Below are positions 1 through 13,400 of a stretch of 64,000 bases of DNA, in pieces. Numbering within the stretch: the first letter of the stretch is position 1; the number at the start of each line of letters is the position of its first letter. This DNA is from Mytilus californianus (Eukaryota): assembly GCF_021869535.1 (NCBI RefSeq), contig NW_026262734.1:27032001-27096000 (forward strand), given 5' to 3'. Both the position numbers and the translations under genes were made by a program. The notes under the pieces are model-generated. The model had not been told where the DNA came from, did no database searches, and worked only from the letters and a program-made list of their open reading frames with translations.

Positions 1-1414
1 CGGCGAATTTAATATCATCAAACTAAAACAAGAATATAAAATATGATTTGTCTTATTAAAAAAATGGTTGATTTTGGAGTCATTGAATGGATTTCATATT
101 TTGATTGCTTAATATGCGTTTTTCTTTTGATGCATATCACTTTGTAATCTTTTCCCGTCATAATATGTGGGAAAATGGCAAGTATATATAATGTTTGCAT
201 GTATAAAACACTCAGTGAGACAGTATCATTATACCAAACAAACACATTAATTAAGAATTTAGGTACAAACTCAATACAGAACTCAAGAAACATCAATGAA
301 CACTAAAAGCAAATATAGTCTAAGACCAATAAAACGACATGATAGTCTTAAACATGAACAATTCAAAATAGATTTATAATCATCTATTGAGGTATTCCAA
401 AATCTAAGCAGATATGAGATTCAAGTATTTTATAAACACATTTAGATTTCAGATTCTTGTTTTCATTACATGTCGGAATATGTGAATAAGAATTTGTTAT
501 GAGAATAAAATGAAAACCTTACTACGAAACAATTATTTATACCTTGATTATTATACACTAACAAGTCACTCTAGCGACTTGTTGTAAACATTTTTAGTAG
601 AGTACACCACAGATCATGGTTAACGTCCAAAAAGCCGTCCAAGTAGATTTTGATCATAACTCTTTAATTTATTAAATAGTAATGTCAATGTTTAACTAGC
701 GACTGAACATAATGAATTAAGAATGTAAAATAAAGCTTCTTTGTAACTCTTGTTATGGACAGACTTCTCAATTTTTCGAAATCTGAACGCAAACATAGCA
801 TTAATGGTCAGATCTTTGCTTTATTAATGGACACTTCTGAGAGCAGCAAATGCATAGCATCACTTCAACTGAAAACAGAAAATAAGTAAAATCAGTTCAT
901 CATTCATATACAACAAAAATCTTAAAATAGAAGCGGGGAGTGAATAGATAACCATTTTTAATCAAAATGTTTCACAAGACGTTATTGATACGTAGCTTTG
1001 GAAGGGAGCATTAATTTCATATTAGTATTGCTTATTTGTTGTACTTTTTTTTCGTTGTACCGATTTTTAATCTATGATTTTTTTTTATTCTAAATAACTA
1101 TAAAATGTATTAAAATTTGGACCTTCGACATGAAAATTCGCAATTCCTGACAATTAAGTTCGTAAATGAACACAATGATCACACATCGCAACGATCGGGA
1201 TTCGAACTCACAACATAAGACTTGACAGGATAGATGAACTACTTATACCAATCGGGCGTTGAGGCCACATAATGAGATCAAGACAGTCCCCTGCAACTTC
1301 CAGAAAGAAAGAGAGAGAAGATAAAGGTAAAAAAAAAATGAAAATTGAAAATCATAGTAACAGGGAGACGATTATATATGAAAGCAATAGCGATGTGTAA
1401 TATTTACCTGTAAT

Positions 1415-4400
1415 TCAGAAACCAATGTCTGATCCTGGTTTTCGTTCATCTGGTTGAAACATGTCATTTTCATACCCAGCATTAGAGTATAACTGTGAAT
1501 AAGTATCGCCTACTAAAATTTAAAAATGTCAGATTGAATCACTGTTGACAATTTCATGAATATTTAAAACTATTTGGAACATAAACTGTAATTATTCCTA
1601 ACAACCGATACTACATATCATGTGAGTTTTAAGAACCAAGATACACTAAAAAAACATCTTAAAGATGATTCATTTTTTTTGCGATCAAAAATATCATAAA
1701 TTGGGTAGTAATTACTCGTACGGCGATCTATAGTTGCTAACATATATGTCATTTGGTCTCTGAGGAAAGTTGTCTTATTGGCAATCATACCGCATATCCT
1801 TATTTTATTTATTTTTTTAATTCAAGAATATCACCAATCAGGTACATTATTTTTTTTCACTCCAGAATATCATAAATTGAGTAATTATTTACGGTATAAT
1901 TTCCTATTAGCTTATCACCGTCAAGCTGCTGAACAATTATAAAGTCATTCTGTTCAGTATTTATTTCAGAAAAGTGTGACGAAAACATTTGTTCACATTC
2001 AAAATGTCGACAAATTCAAAGTATCGGCAATCAGGAAGTGGGTGTTGTACTGATCAAATATCCGCTCACACTTTATAGCTCATAATCGTCAAGCTGATGA
2101 TTAAATATGAAGTCATTTTGTTTAGTACTTCTAGATAAATGTGTGACGAAAAATTTCATTTAACATATTGAAATATTTCAAGGATCGGCTAACATGTGGG
2201 TCTTACAGATCCGAAAAATGCTCACACGTTAAAACTCATGTGTGTCAAGCAGATGACTAAGTATAATTTTCTGTTTTTGGACACTGAAGAAAACAATTTG
2301 CTCTATATGCTATAAAGGCCCTATTTCAGCCATTTTTTTAGTAAAAGCAACATAATTTTGAATAGTTTATGACAATCATCAACATCATGGGTACCACTAG
2401 TAAAGCAAAAACTGCTTACCCTCTGGAGGACCGAGTTACTCCCCGTTGTGTTTGTGTATTGCTTAGTCTTTTGGTTTTCTATGCAGTATTTTGTGGACTA
2501 TTTTTTATTTGTTAAGTCTTTTTTTTCTTTTATTGTCTGTCTTTCTTCGACTTATGATATTTTGAATTCCCTCATGGAATATCTCCCCTTTTTAATTTCT
2601 CCTGAAAATCAATTACATGTCCTGTGGAGCAGCCTACGTGAAATAGATATTTAGTTTGTTTATACCATAACAGAATGTTTATTTTTATAATTAAATTGAA
2701 TTCCTACCTCTATCATCCGTTTCCTCCTTCATACTTTCTTTTTCTTCCTCCCGTTGAAATTGAAACAGAAGCACTAACTTTCTAATTGGCAAGCATATTA
2801 AAAGTGCTGTTGCATTAAAGAAATTTGCCATGGCTACAGTTGCATCTCTGTATGGCGGGCCAGCATTTGTAGAGACAACCATCCAAACAAGAAAACAGCC
2901 GGCCGTGCAAATACACGACACAAAGATCCATCTGGATTCAAAATAGTTACTTTCACTGTCCCATGCAAGAGCAGCAAATACGGCAGTAAGAATGACGATA
3001 AATATTACTAATATCATAGACATGATCAAGGCAATATCGTATCTGTCTACTGGATCACACCACATCCAATCATTAATCATACTGTCCGACTGACGACTGG
3101 CAGACGGGTGTTCTAATATCAGCCATTCTATTGGAATAATGAGTTGTATGCAAACGATTCCAAGAGCACTCATAAAGAGGGAGCATGTACTAGTAAGACC
3201 GTTATATTTTCGAGGGCTGTACTCGGCGTTAATAAAACGCCAGTTGTCAATGGCTTTAACCAAAAGTGCAGCAAATACAATTGAATATACAACGCCCATC
3301 ATAAAACGTCTCACTCCACACGTGGCAGTAGATGCTGGTAAAAAGAATGCAAAGTTTATTGCATAGATTCCTAAAATTCCAATAAGCATCATGAATCCAA
3401 GTACTGTCGTGCCGCCCCTTACCGGATATGCAACCAAGAAATATGCAAAGACGAAAATGCCAATAAGTAACCCAACACAGGTAGGCACAGCTGTGGCAAT
3501 TGCCCAAATTGGCCATGTATAATGCAGAGTATATTCCACGGTACCATATTCAGTTTCAGTTTTATCATAATACAAATAGTTACGCGGTTCCATTTCCTTT
3601 GTCCGGTTCGAAGTCTGTGCTTGTGGCTGGATATTAAAAATTGAAGTATCGCAATTACAAAATCCGCCAACTGGACATTGAGAAGTAAAGCTGTCGGATT
3701 TAAAGCTGTCGTAAGAGGACATCGAAACTGCATTGTCACCTAAAACAGTACCAACCTACAAAAAAATAAAGAAAGGTCAAACTTACATTTCTTTTATTTA
3801 ATGGACTAAACTTCCAGGCAATTTAAAAAAAAATTAATAAGCCCAACGTGACATGTGGAAAGGAGAAAACTATCAATTTGTCAACATAAGACACAATTTG
3901 ATGTAACAGTTAAGCACACTTAAGGGAAAACTCAAGCACTAACCAAGTATTTTATCTTTCTTGATTTACCTTCATCAGGAACGCTCAAAATAATGAAAAT
4001 TGAGAATGCTTAAGTACTTAAAAACGCAGTAGATTGATAAATAAAAGGGAACAAACTATTGGAAAAATAAGAGATACCAAAGGGACATTTAAACAAACAA
4101 GTCGAAAGTTAAAATGACAACGCCAAGGCACAAAACGAACCCCACCAAAATCCTGGGATGATCTCAGGTGCTCAAAGTTTGAGGTTTTTCTGGTACTATG
4201 GGAACATTTCAGTCAACTAAAAAGTACTTGATAAAGTGATTTCCAAACAAAAACCAATTACCTAAAGGGTACTCAGAATATATGGCGCCATGGGAAATTA
4301 TAGACCTATTAGAATTATAAAGTTAATGATTTTACAATTTAAGAGATGTAGAAGATAGAAGTCTGACATATATATGGAACCTCAACTTTAACAGGTATAC

Positions 4401-7400
4401 TGTAAAACAAGTATACTTTTCACGAGCTACTTTCAGTAGCAGAAATTAATGCGAATGTAAATCATTCCGATAAGATCAAACTCGAATCTTTCGTGCAAAT
4501 AATATCTCAATAAAAGTATCAAAACGCAAAAAAAAAAATGCCGCGATGTCTGTTTGGATGGCCTAAACCATAAAGGAAAAAATGAATCAACGAAAATAAG
4601 TTAGTTTACAGTATTCAAATTTCTTTACAATTAAGATTGTAAACAATGAAAGCCTACTAAATATTCTTTCACTCACCTGTTTATACATAAAAGATCCAGA
4701 ATCCTTTACATAGTTGTTGATTGTATATCCAACATCCCAATAACGGTCTGAATTAAAGTTTAAATTGAAACCGTCAGCTATACCATATTCGGTTTCCAAC
4801 AATTTTTGGAAAAGTAAATCCCAGTTATTCTGTGTTTCAAAGCATTCACGAAATGTTGATAGTGCAGAGCAGCGTTCGTTTCTAGTTTTTTCGATTGCAG
4901 AAGCAGCCGCATATGTTGCTGCAATTGTTGTGTATACAAAATGATCGTCAATTTTCAACATAGCTTTTGTAATTGTTTCACTTTTTGAACAGAGCGGGTA
5001 CTGATTCATCACAACTTGAGCATCTGAAAGCTGACATTTGTGAATTGTCTGGTAGAATTCTTCAAACCAATCATCAGGAATGTTTTTACGGTTATAATAG
5101 GACAAATCAGTTAAGTAATTATCGAAACCGGTAACAGAAGTTTGACGAAGACCAATAGTGATTGATCCAATCACCTCGTTTTCAAAGCCTTCTACAACAT
5201 TCAGTGATGTTCCCCATATGTCTGTGCCAATCCAAATAAATCTATCTAGCACACCAAGGTCTTTTGCCGCTTGCAAAATTGGCCTAGGTTCTAAAGTAAT
5301 AAGAACTATTGCATTTGCTCCTTGTTGAGCGATAAGTTGTTCAACGACTGACTTAGCTTCATTTCCATCAGTTGGATAGGAAATTCCAACGGAGAAACCG
5401 ATACAAACGCCATTTTGATTGGCTTGTTTTTCAAGTTCATTAGCACCAGAAACACCATATGTTTCACGAGAATAAACTACGGAAACGTATGTCCAGTTTC
5501 TTTGGTAAAGTATTTCGGAAATAACTTTCATTTGTATGTTGTCCGGAGGTACAGTTCTTGCAAAGTATGGATATTCCGACTGATCGCTTAGAGAAACGGA
5601 CGAAGCCATAGAGCCAATAAGAGGAATCTTAAATGGTGCAAGTACTCTGTTTGCCGCCATGACGTTAGTTGATATAGTAGTGATAACACCCCCTATCGTT
5701 GAATTATTTATCACATAGTTCCCAAAATTGGATACGGTATTACATAAAGATCCGGACGAAAGTAAATTGTACAAATCTTGATCTATTCGAAGACTATTGG
5801 TGCACGTATCAAGAAGTATACCATGCAAGTCAAACGGCGAATTCGATAATCGCTGAATCGAGAAGAAAAATGACAGACCTCGGTAGAAATCTTCCATATT
5901 TAAACGTCCGCAGCGATAAGGATCTGTTCCTTGAGCATGAATGGGTAATACTGCGACAAGTGTTGCCGCGTTTGGATTGGTCGGATCGGTTGATTTGTCA
6001 AACATATACCGATTTGTGGTGTACCGAAGAGTTGGACATTCGGAACAAGCATCGGCGCGATTGCAGCTTCCGTCCCACAGAGGCGAATAGCTATCAACTA
6101 CCAATTTGTTGTCACTAGAATAGGTTCCAATCTGTATAAAAAATAAAATACAAGGATGCTAAGCTAGAGAAAAAGCAGCTATATATTTTGCTTACTACTA
6201 GAACTGCGATTTGTAAGGTTGATTTTTTTTAGTTTTCACCACAAAATTAAAAATCAAATTTTCATGCAAACATCATGCAAAAACAGTGTTATTGTAATAA
6301 ATTACGTTAAAGGATACTTTAAACCAAAATTATTTCTATTAATGTCTGAAATATCTTCATATATGTCATACAAATTGTCCTAAGTCGTCCTTTTTACTAT
6401 ATTTGACGAACCTACTTAAAACTTGTGATAAGGTCAGTTCAAGGGAAAGGCTTTTATAAAAACTCACTTTTTTAATTTGTTGGCATTAAGCTCAAGAATT
6501 ACACACAAGATATTCTACTCAAGGATTGAATGATATGTATATGAATCTTGTTTATGGAAATCAGTATATAAAAGAATACGTGTTTATTTATTAAAATGTA
6601 AACGACACACCTTTATTTTGAAATGAGCAATTTGGAATTTTTGAATAATTATACATTGTCTACCTGACATTACATTTTTTCCTAAATACTTTATACTTAT
6701 ATAGTAATGTAATCATGGTGAGTCCAATGTATAAATTAACATTAAATTAAGCAATAAAACTAGATTTTTTAGGGGAAATGGTATAAAAGATCACTTCAAA
6801 TGTAAAATGACAAACAAATGGTCAATTTCGATGAAATTTTTACTTGTTTATTCGTAATATTTCATTCGAGGCAACTACATCAGAAAAAGAACAAAGCTGA
6901 CTTGTGACAAGTCATCGGGTATCTTTCGATGAATAGAGGCCGTACTTTTAAAGTAAATTACATAAATGAAATCCTTAAAAAGTAAGAACTACGCAAGCAG
7001 AATTCCACTATAATAAGTAAAGAGAATCATCGGAAACTATCGTGTATATAGTAATTATTTTTTGGAATTCAAGATTGCAAGACCTCTATTTTAAGCTCTG
7101 ATTTTAAGCCATGCGTAGATATAACCTTCTACCTTAGTGGAAAGGAAAGGGTGATATCTTACCTTTTTGTAGTAATATGCCAATTTATCACCTTCCATCC
7201 TTGTTGATAATGAATACATTTGGTATCCTTTATTGCCATCCCGTTTGTCTGTGAATGTAAACTCGGATCCGGTCGGATCACTGAAATTAGCCTTTAAAAT
7301 GTTTTCCATTAGAATATCCCTACGGTTTGCTTCATTTCGGAACTTCTCGCAAACAGTTGAATAATCCTCTCCACAGACCCGTTTCAATGCAGAGTCAATG

Positions 7401-10400
7401 CCAATGGCAGCAGCATATACAGCATTGATTACGTGAAGAATGCCCGGATCCTGAATGTAATTTCGTTGTGAAATAACTACTTCTGACAAAGATGCGCACT
7501 GAACTGGATGTCGACCATCTGGAACCGTAAGATAACAATCTACCATTTCTTCATAAAACGCTGGAAACCAAGGGTTCTGAGGATAGTTTCCAGGAGATTT
7601 CGTGCTCAAATACGTATCAAAATCACCAATATCAGTCGATTCTAATGACCAAGTAACTGCGTCGATGGCAAGGTCTTCTACACCAGAAAGAATATCTAAA
7701 TTGTTTCCCCATGTCTCTGTACCTAGGAACTTAAATTTACCAATGGCAGAAGGATTTCGTCTGATTGCTTGAAATAATGTATTTATGTACCCAGTGTCTG
7801 CAAATATTACCACAGTATTAGCAGTTGGTTTCTTGAGTATAGCAGACACCACTTCATTTGAACTTTCACGTGTTGCTGTGCCATTATCCGGAAACTGGAT
7901 CATCTGACCAATACATATTTTATTTTCTCTAGCGAGATTAGAAAATGCCATCGACCCAAGTCGTCCGTAATTATTCGGAGAGTATACAACTTGAACGTAA
8001 CGTATATCAAAATTGTCCAAAAATCGTATCATAGATTCGGCTTGGTTGTCATCTGCAGGAACAGAACGCATGAAGTACGGATACTTATCCTTGTTCGATA
8101 AAGCCATGCTAGTCGAAGCGTAACTTATCTGTGGTATTTTCAGAGATTTTGCAATTCTGGCTAAATACAATGAACTGTCACTTGAATACCCTGCAATGTA
8201 TGCACTAATATCATCCGGATTTATTGTCTCTCCATTCTTCGTTAGTGAAATTATACCGTTGTGTATATCGGACACTGTATATCCCGTTTTTATAGCGCTC
8301 TCACATGAATCCAACCCAACTCCACCAAGTTTAATGTTCTTCAGAACATTAGCAAATGGTCCTTCTTTATCATTAACTTTACTAATGGCATAATGAAATG
8401 CTTCAAGAAGTTGAAACCCATGAAGGGTCTTGATATTTCCACATGAGAATGTATTTATATCGTTATTGTGTACGTCAAACACCCCTACAAATATAAAATG
8501 TACCATGTGACAAATTTTCATTAAATATAATGATACACATGAAAGAAACTATAGCAGTTAAATGATTGATACATTGTTTTCAAACATCCATTATATACAG
8601 AATATGCAGCATGAGAGAATAATAAATCAAAAATTTAAGTTCTGTCTACAGATGAAGAGGGAAAAAATTTGACTGTTCTTGAAAGAAAAGATGGTATGTA
8701 AGATATGCCGAATGTTGTCTTGCATTATGTCCCCTACGAGTCCCTCTTGTATTGTAAGGAGTTTTTAAGCATGCAGATATCATGACACTCTAACAAAACA
8801 AAACTCATCAAAAATACTAGGTAAATAATTTTGTACGCCAAACGCGCGTTTCGTCTTCGAAAGACTTATAAATAACGCTCGAATCAAAACTGCTAATGGG
8901 CCAAATCAAGTACGAAGTTGAAGAGGATTGAGGACCCAAAATTTAGAAATATTCCGCCAAATACAGCTATATATGGTGAAACGAGGTATAAACAAAAACG
9001 TCCCAATTTCGACCGGCTGTTGAAAGGCAAAATAAATTAACCTCTAAGCACGGGTCTTACTACCGCACAAGAAAAGAATACTTCCTGTATTATGGGTATA
9101 ACCCTTGTCGTATCCCTTTTTCTAGTACCTTATATGTTTACAAATGATATGCAATGATTCTTTCTTAAAAGTCCTTTCTAATATAATATAACGAAAAGAT
9201 TAGAGCTTAATTTTTTCAAGTCAATTCGTTCTGAGGGAGTTGTATCCTTAGTTTTAGTACAATCGTATAACATATAAACGAAAAGTTAACAATATGAAAG
9301 TATCAATTATATTATACATCATACCTCCAATCAAAATATCACCCGGTATATAAGAGAATTCCATCTGTGTGTTTACACATTCAGTACAGGGAGCATTACA
9401 ACGCGACTGAGTTCCGGGGAACAAGTTAACTAATGAGTTATCTGAAATCTGCAGAGATGCACCAGCGAACTCTCCTACCTGTAAAAACATATCTGATATT
9501 ACGAAACAAAGATATATACAGAAAGGGCACATATAAACGGTCATGCAGTTATCATTTCAAATGTGCATCTTTTTTTTCTGTCATTATTTTTAAATACAAA
9601 TAAACTCATCATAGATACCAGGATAAAAAAGACGACGCGCGTTTCGTCTACAAAAGACTCATCAGTGACGCTCGAATCTAAAAAAGTTAAAAAAAGGCCA
9701 AATAAAGTACAAAATTGAAGAGCATTGAGGACCAAAATTCCTAAAAGTTTTGCCAAGTGCACATATAATAAAGATAACACTGTATATGCGTCTAAAGCGT
9801 CTAACACGCTTTTCTGGATTTACCTTCGTCAGGAACCCCAAAACCCCCAAACAATGAAAGCCATTGATGTATAAGATCGAAAACTTGAGGAGCTATATAA
9901 CCAGTTTACTTCATTCGATAATACTGCAACATCCTTCCATAGGCAGATAATAGTTTACAATGGAATCGTTTTATGTGTTTTGCAAGAAAAGCACATACAC
10001 ATGGACTTCGGTAAAATTATAATGCGAAAAAAACAATAAAGTTAAAATAAATCCTTTCCATTACATTTTTTTTTCTTTCAAGCTCAATAGTTTATTCTTC
10101 AAAATTGACTTCAGAATTCTAAAGTAGTGCATAGAAATTTTGAAATCAATGCCAATGGTACAGTTGGTTTTATGAGGCAAATCAAGAGTGGTGCAACCGA
10201 TGCACTGCAATCAAGATAAAGGCTATAACGATCCCTTTAGGCACACATAAAATTATTCAATATACTTAGTTGTTTAGGATATTTACCGTTTTTAATGTGG
10301 ATCCATCATAATAAATCAGGTTCATTCCGGTATTACCCTCTCTATTCATAAAGCGGAAAGTGAAATCAGATGGATCTTTAAATGTCGTCGTTTCCATCTT

Positions 10401-13400
10401 TTCCATAATGACATTATTGACGTTGTCCATCGTCAGGAAATTATTGCAAACATCTGTGTAAGCCGGTCCACATTTCTCTTTCAATGTAGCATCAAGTGCG
10501 GCAGTGAAAGAGTAAACAGCATTGATGGTTGGAATCACATAGTTATCTTGTGTAATGGCTGCTGACCATGCTGCCACAGTTTGAATATTGCTACATTGTA
10601 CACCATGCCTGTAGTGCAACAGAAAAAATATTTCAAAATTGCAAAAAAAGGTTTGTGATTAATTTCATAAACAAATTAATTATCAAATCGCAAAAAAATA
10701 ACTGATTTTAAAAATGTTTATTGTGTATCTCAAATACAATATCGGTACAGACTTTGTCAATTGCAAGGCATATATGTTCGATGTATGCATGAGAACATAT
10801 AATTACAGGAACTCTGTCTATGAATAACAATTGAAAATAAAGACACCTAAAACATTATTTAACTTTCGCAGCATTTTCCCCATTAGTTTATTTTAATATT
10901 GCTTTTCATAATTGCATCAAAGAACTAACACGTGCCATTGTTATCAATCATTTTGCCATTAACATTTCCATAATCAACCTTGACGATGCGGTGTGTCGAA
11001 CACATTTTCTATGACATTGACAGCACGTAATAAGCTTTATTTTTCATACAATGACTATTTTTTTGGACTGGTAATCGTTTTGTATTACTTGAAACATCCC
11101 GAGAATACAATCCGACAAACTTAAATGTTTCGATTTTGGAAATAGTTATTGCACAGTTCTTGACTGATATGAACTACGGTTGCAACTTCCACATGAAAAA
11201 ATGATATTTCTTTTTAAAGTGCATTATGTATAATTAGTCTTCGGCTGCCTGAACTTTTGTTTTTAAGCGTTCCTGGTAATTGTAAATTTAACTATAAAGA
11301 AAAGGTAAAAGTCAAAACGTTATCCCGTAGACATAAAGGTTTTTTTTAGTAGTAGTTTATTGGTGTGTAAACTCGGTCGACTCCCTTTTAAATTGAAAAA
11401 AAGTCCGCAGGACTGTATGATAAGTATATCAGCATCAGTGAAAGGCCGCGTATTCAAAACCATGTTATCCGTAAAATTTACGTTATTTCATTTATAATTC
11501 GAATAAACACACTGAAAAAAATGTCCGGATCAAACATTTCATTTAAAACTTTCAGAACTCTTTCAAATGCGTAGAAAACCGTTTAACGTCATGAAACAAG
11601 TTTAAACACGTAAAAACATTTTGGTTATCATGACGCTCAGCATTGAACCATACTCACATGTAGAAATTGGGCAAATCACATCCAAGTATGTTCATGTAAT
11701 ATTCCATCAGGAAAGGGTTGGTCGTAATGCTGGAGGTCAGTGGGAGATTTCTTATAAAATCCATATACTTGTTGATAACTGAGGTTTTGATATTTAAAAA
11801 GAACGATTTCCCGCCATTTGTTCCAAGTCCTTGCGCAATAGACATAAAAGGCATGGGTGAAATGACAACTATGTTTGCAGCAGCTGAGTGTTTCGCTTTT
11901 TCTTGATAAAATTTAGTGGTATGAGGTCCATTTGTCCATATTACAACAACATGAGTAGTAGATGCAACAACAGATTGTATTACTTGTGTCATGTTGGTGG
12001 TTGAATCTATTTTATGAGAGGATAGGATGCAAACGCCTTCTTGGTTTGCAACAGCGGTAAAAGTTTCCAATCCACCTTTTCCATATTCCTCATCACTGTA
12101 AAGTACAGTCACATACCGGAAATTCAAAGCTTTTGCAAGTTTTGCCATAGCAACCGACAAGGTTACGTCACCTTGAATCGTTCTAAAAAATGTAGGATAG
12201 TCATCTTTATTTGTCAAACTATTGCTTGTAGCAAGAGGACTGATTAACGGAATGTTTAACGGCTTAACAACTTCATTTACTTCTATGGCCGATCTAGTGT
12301 TGTCTGTAACCCATGCGCGAACTTTAGATACTGTAATATTGTCATGTTCGTCGACAGGCAAAAGTCCCGAATATAACGAAGATAATACATCGAATCGTCT
12401 GCTTTCAACGTTACAGTGGTCCAAAATGAGAGCTCCAAGCTTGACATTTTTCAAATCAACTGGTGACATTTTTGAATTTACTTGATCGACGGCATACATC
12501 ATGGCGGCTGCAAACTGAAATCCATTAACAGTTCTCAAATCTCCACAGACATAAGGATTAGAAGTGCTCACATCGTGAATTCCAAATATACCACCTATTT
12601 CTACATCTCCTGGAATGTAAGCATATTCTCCTGGGTTATAGACATATGAACACTGAGCACAGCGTCCCTCACAGACGGATTTGAATGTGCCACTAGTAAG
12701 TCCAGGTGGTAGTTGTACTGGTAAATTGAACTGGTCTGACAGTCGTCCTTGTTCTGTACTAAACTTTCCTATCTGTTTGAAGAAAAATATAAACATCGTT
12801 ATAATGTAATATGTTACCACTTCGTCTTCTTCAGAGGTAAATGTTGTCATCTGAATTTACTTTTCAAGTATCCTTTAATGTTATACGTCAATAAGTTTTG
12901 CTTGTATATGCAAATCATAACATCCTAAAACATAAAGTCTTGTACTGGTATGCCACATAAAGTTTCAAAAGATGTGTATATCTAGTGTAATGTATGGATG
13001 TATTTGCTTTAGTAACATTTAGCTTATCCGTTATAATTCATGTTACTGCATTATATTTTATTTTTTGTTTGATTAAAATAGTAAAAGTTCTGTAGGTTTG
13101 ATGATTTCATTTACTTAGGTTGTAGCTTAATTAGTCTATATTAGTAGTGTTTATCATTAGTATTTTCTATTTAACTGAAAGGTTATTTTTTTAGTAAAAG
13201 TGAATTAGAGTAAAAAGTTTGTAGAAACAATTTGTCATTTGAAAATAATATGTTTAATGCCAGTGGCAAATAGTTCATGCATATTTAGAGAGACATTTGA
13301 TTTTTTAAATTAGAGCCGACTTTGTATTATTATATTGTAAATTACTGATTTATCTATAAGTGTTTAATGCTTTTGGTTGTGAATTGAATCTGCATGACCA

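Noticed and set aside
1180-1265. gttcgaatccc B-box on the minus strand suggesting a tRNA gene
   Set aside because: No cloverleaf can be formed; it resembles the decayed SINE heads seen elsewhere in the window.
1415-1417. GPCR TGA stop as a possible selenocysteine, given a SECIS within the locus
   Set aside because: The SECIS is on the opposite strand and in an intron. The codon is not at a conserved Cys position and a splice donor follows 7 nt later.
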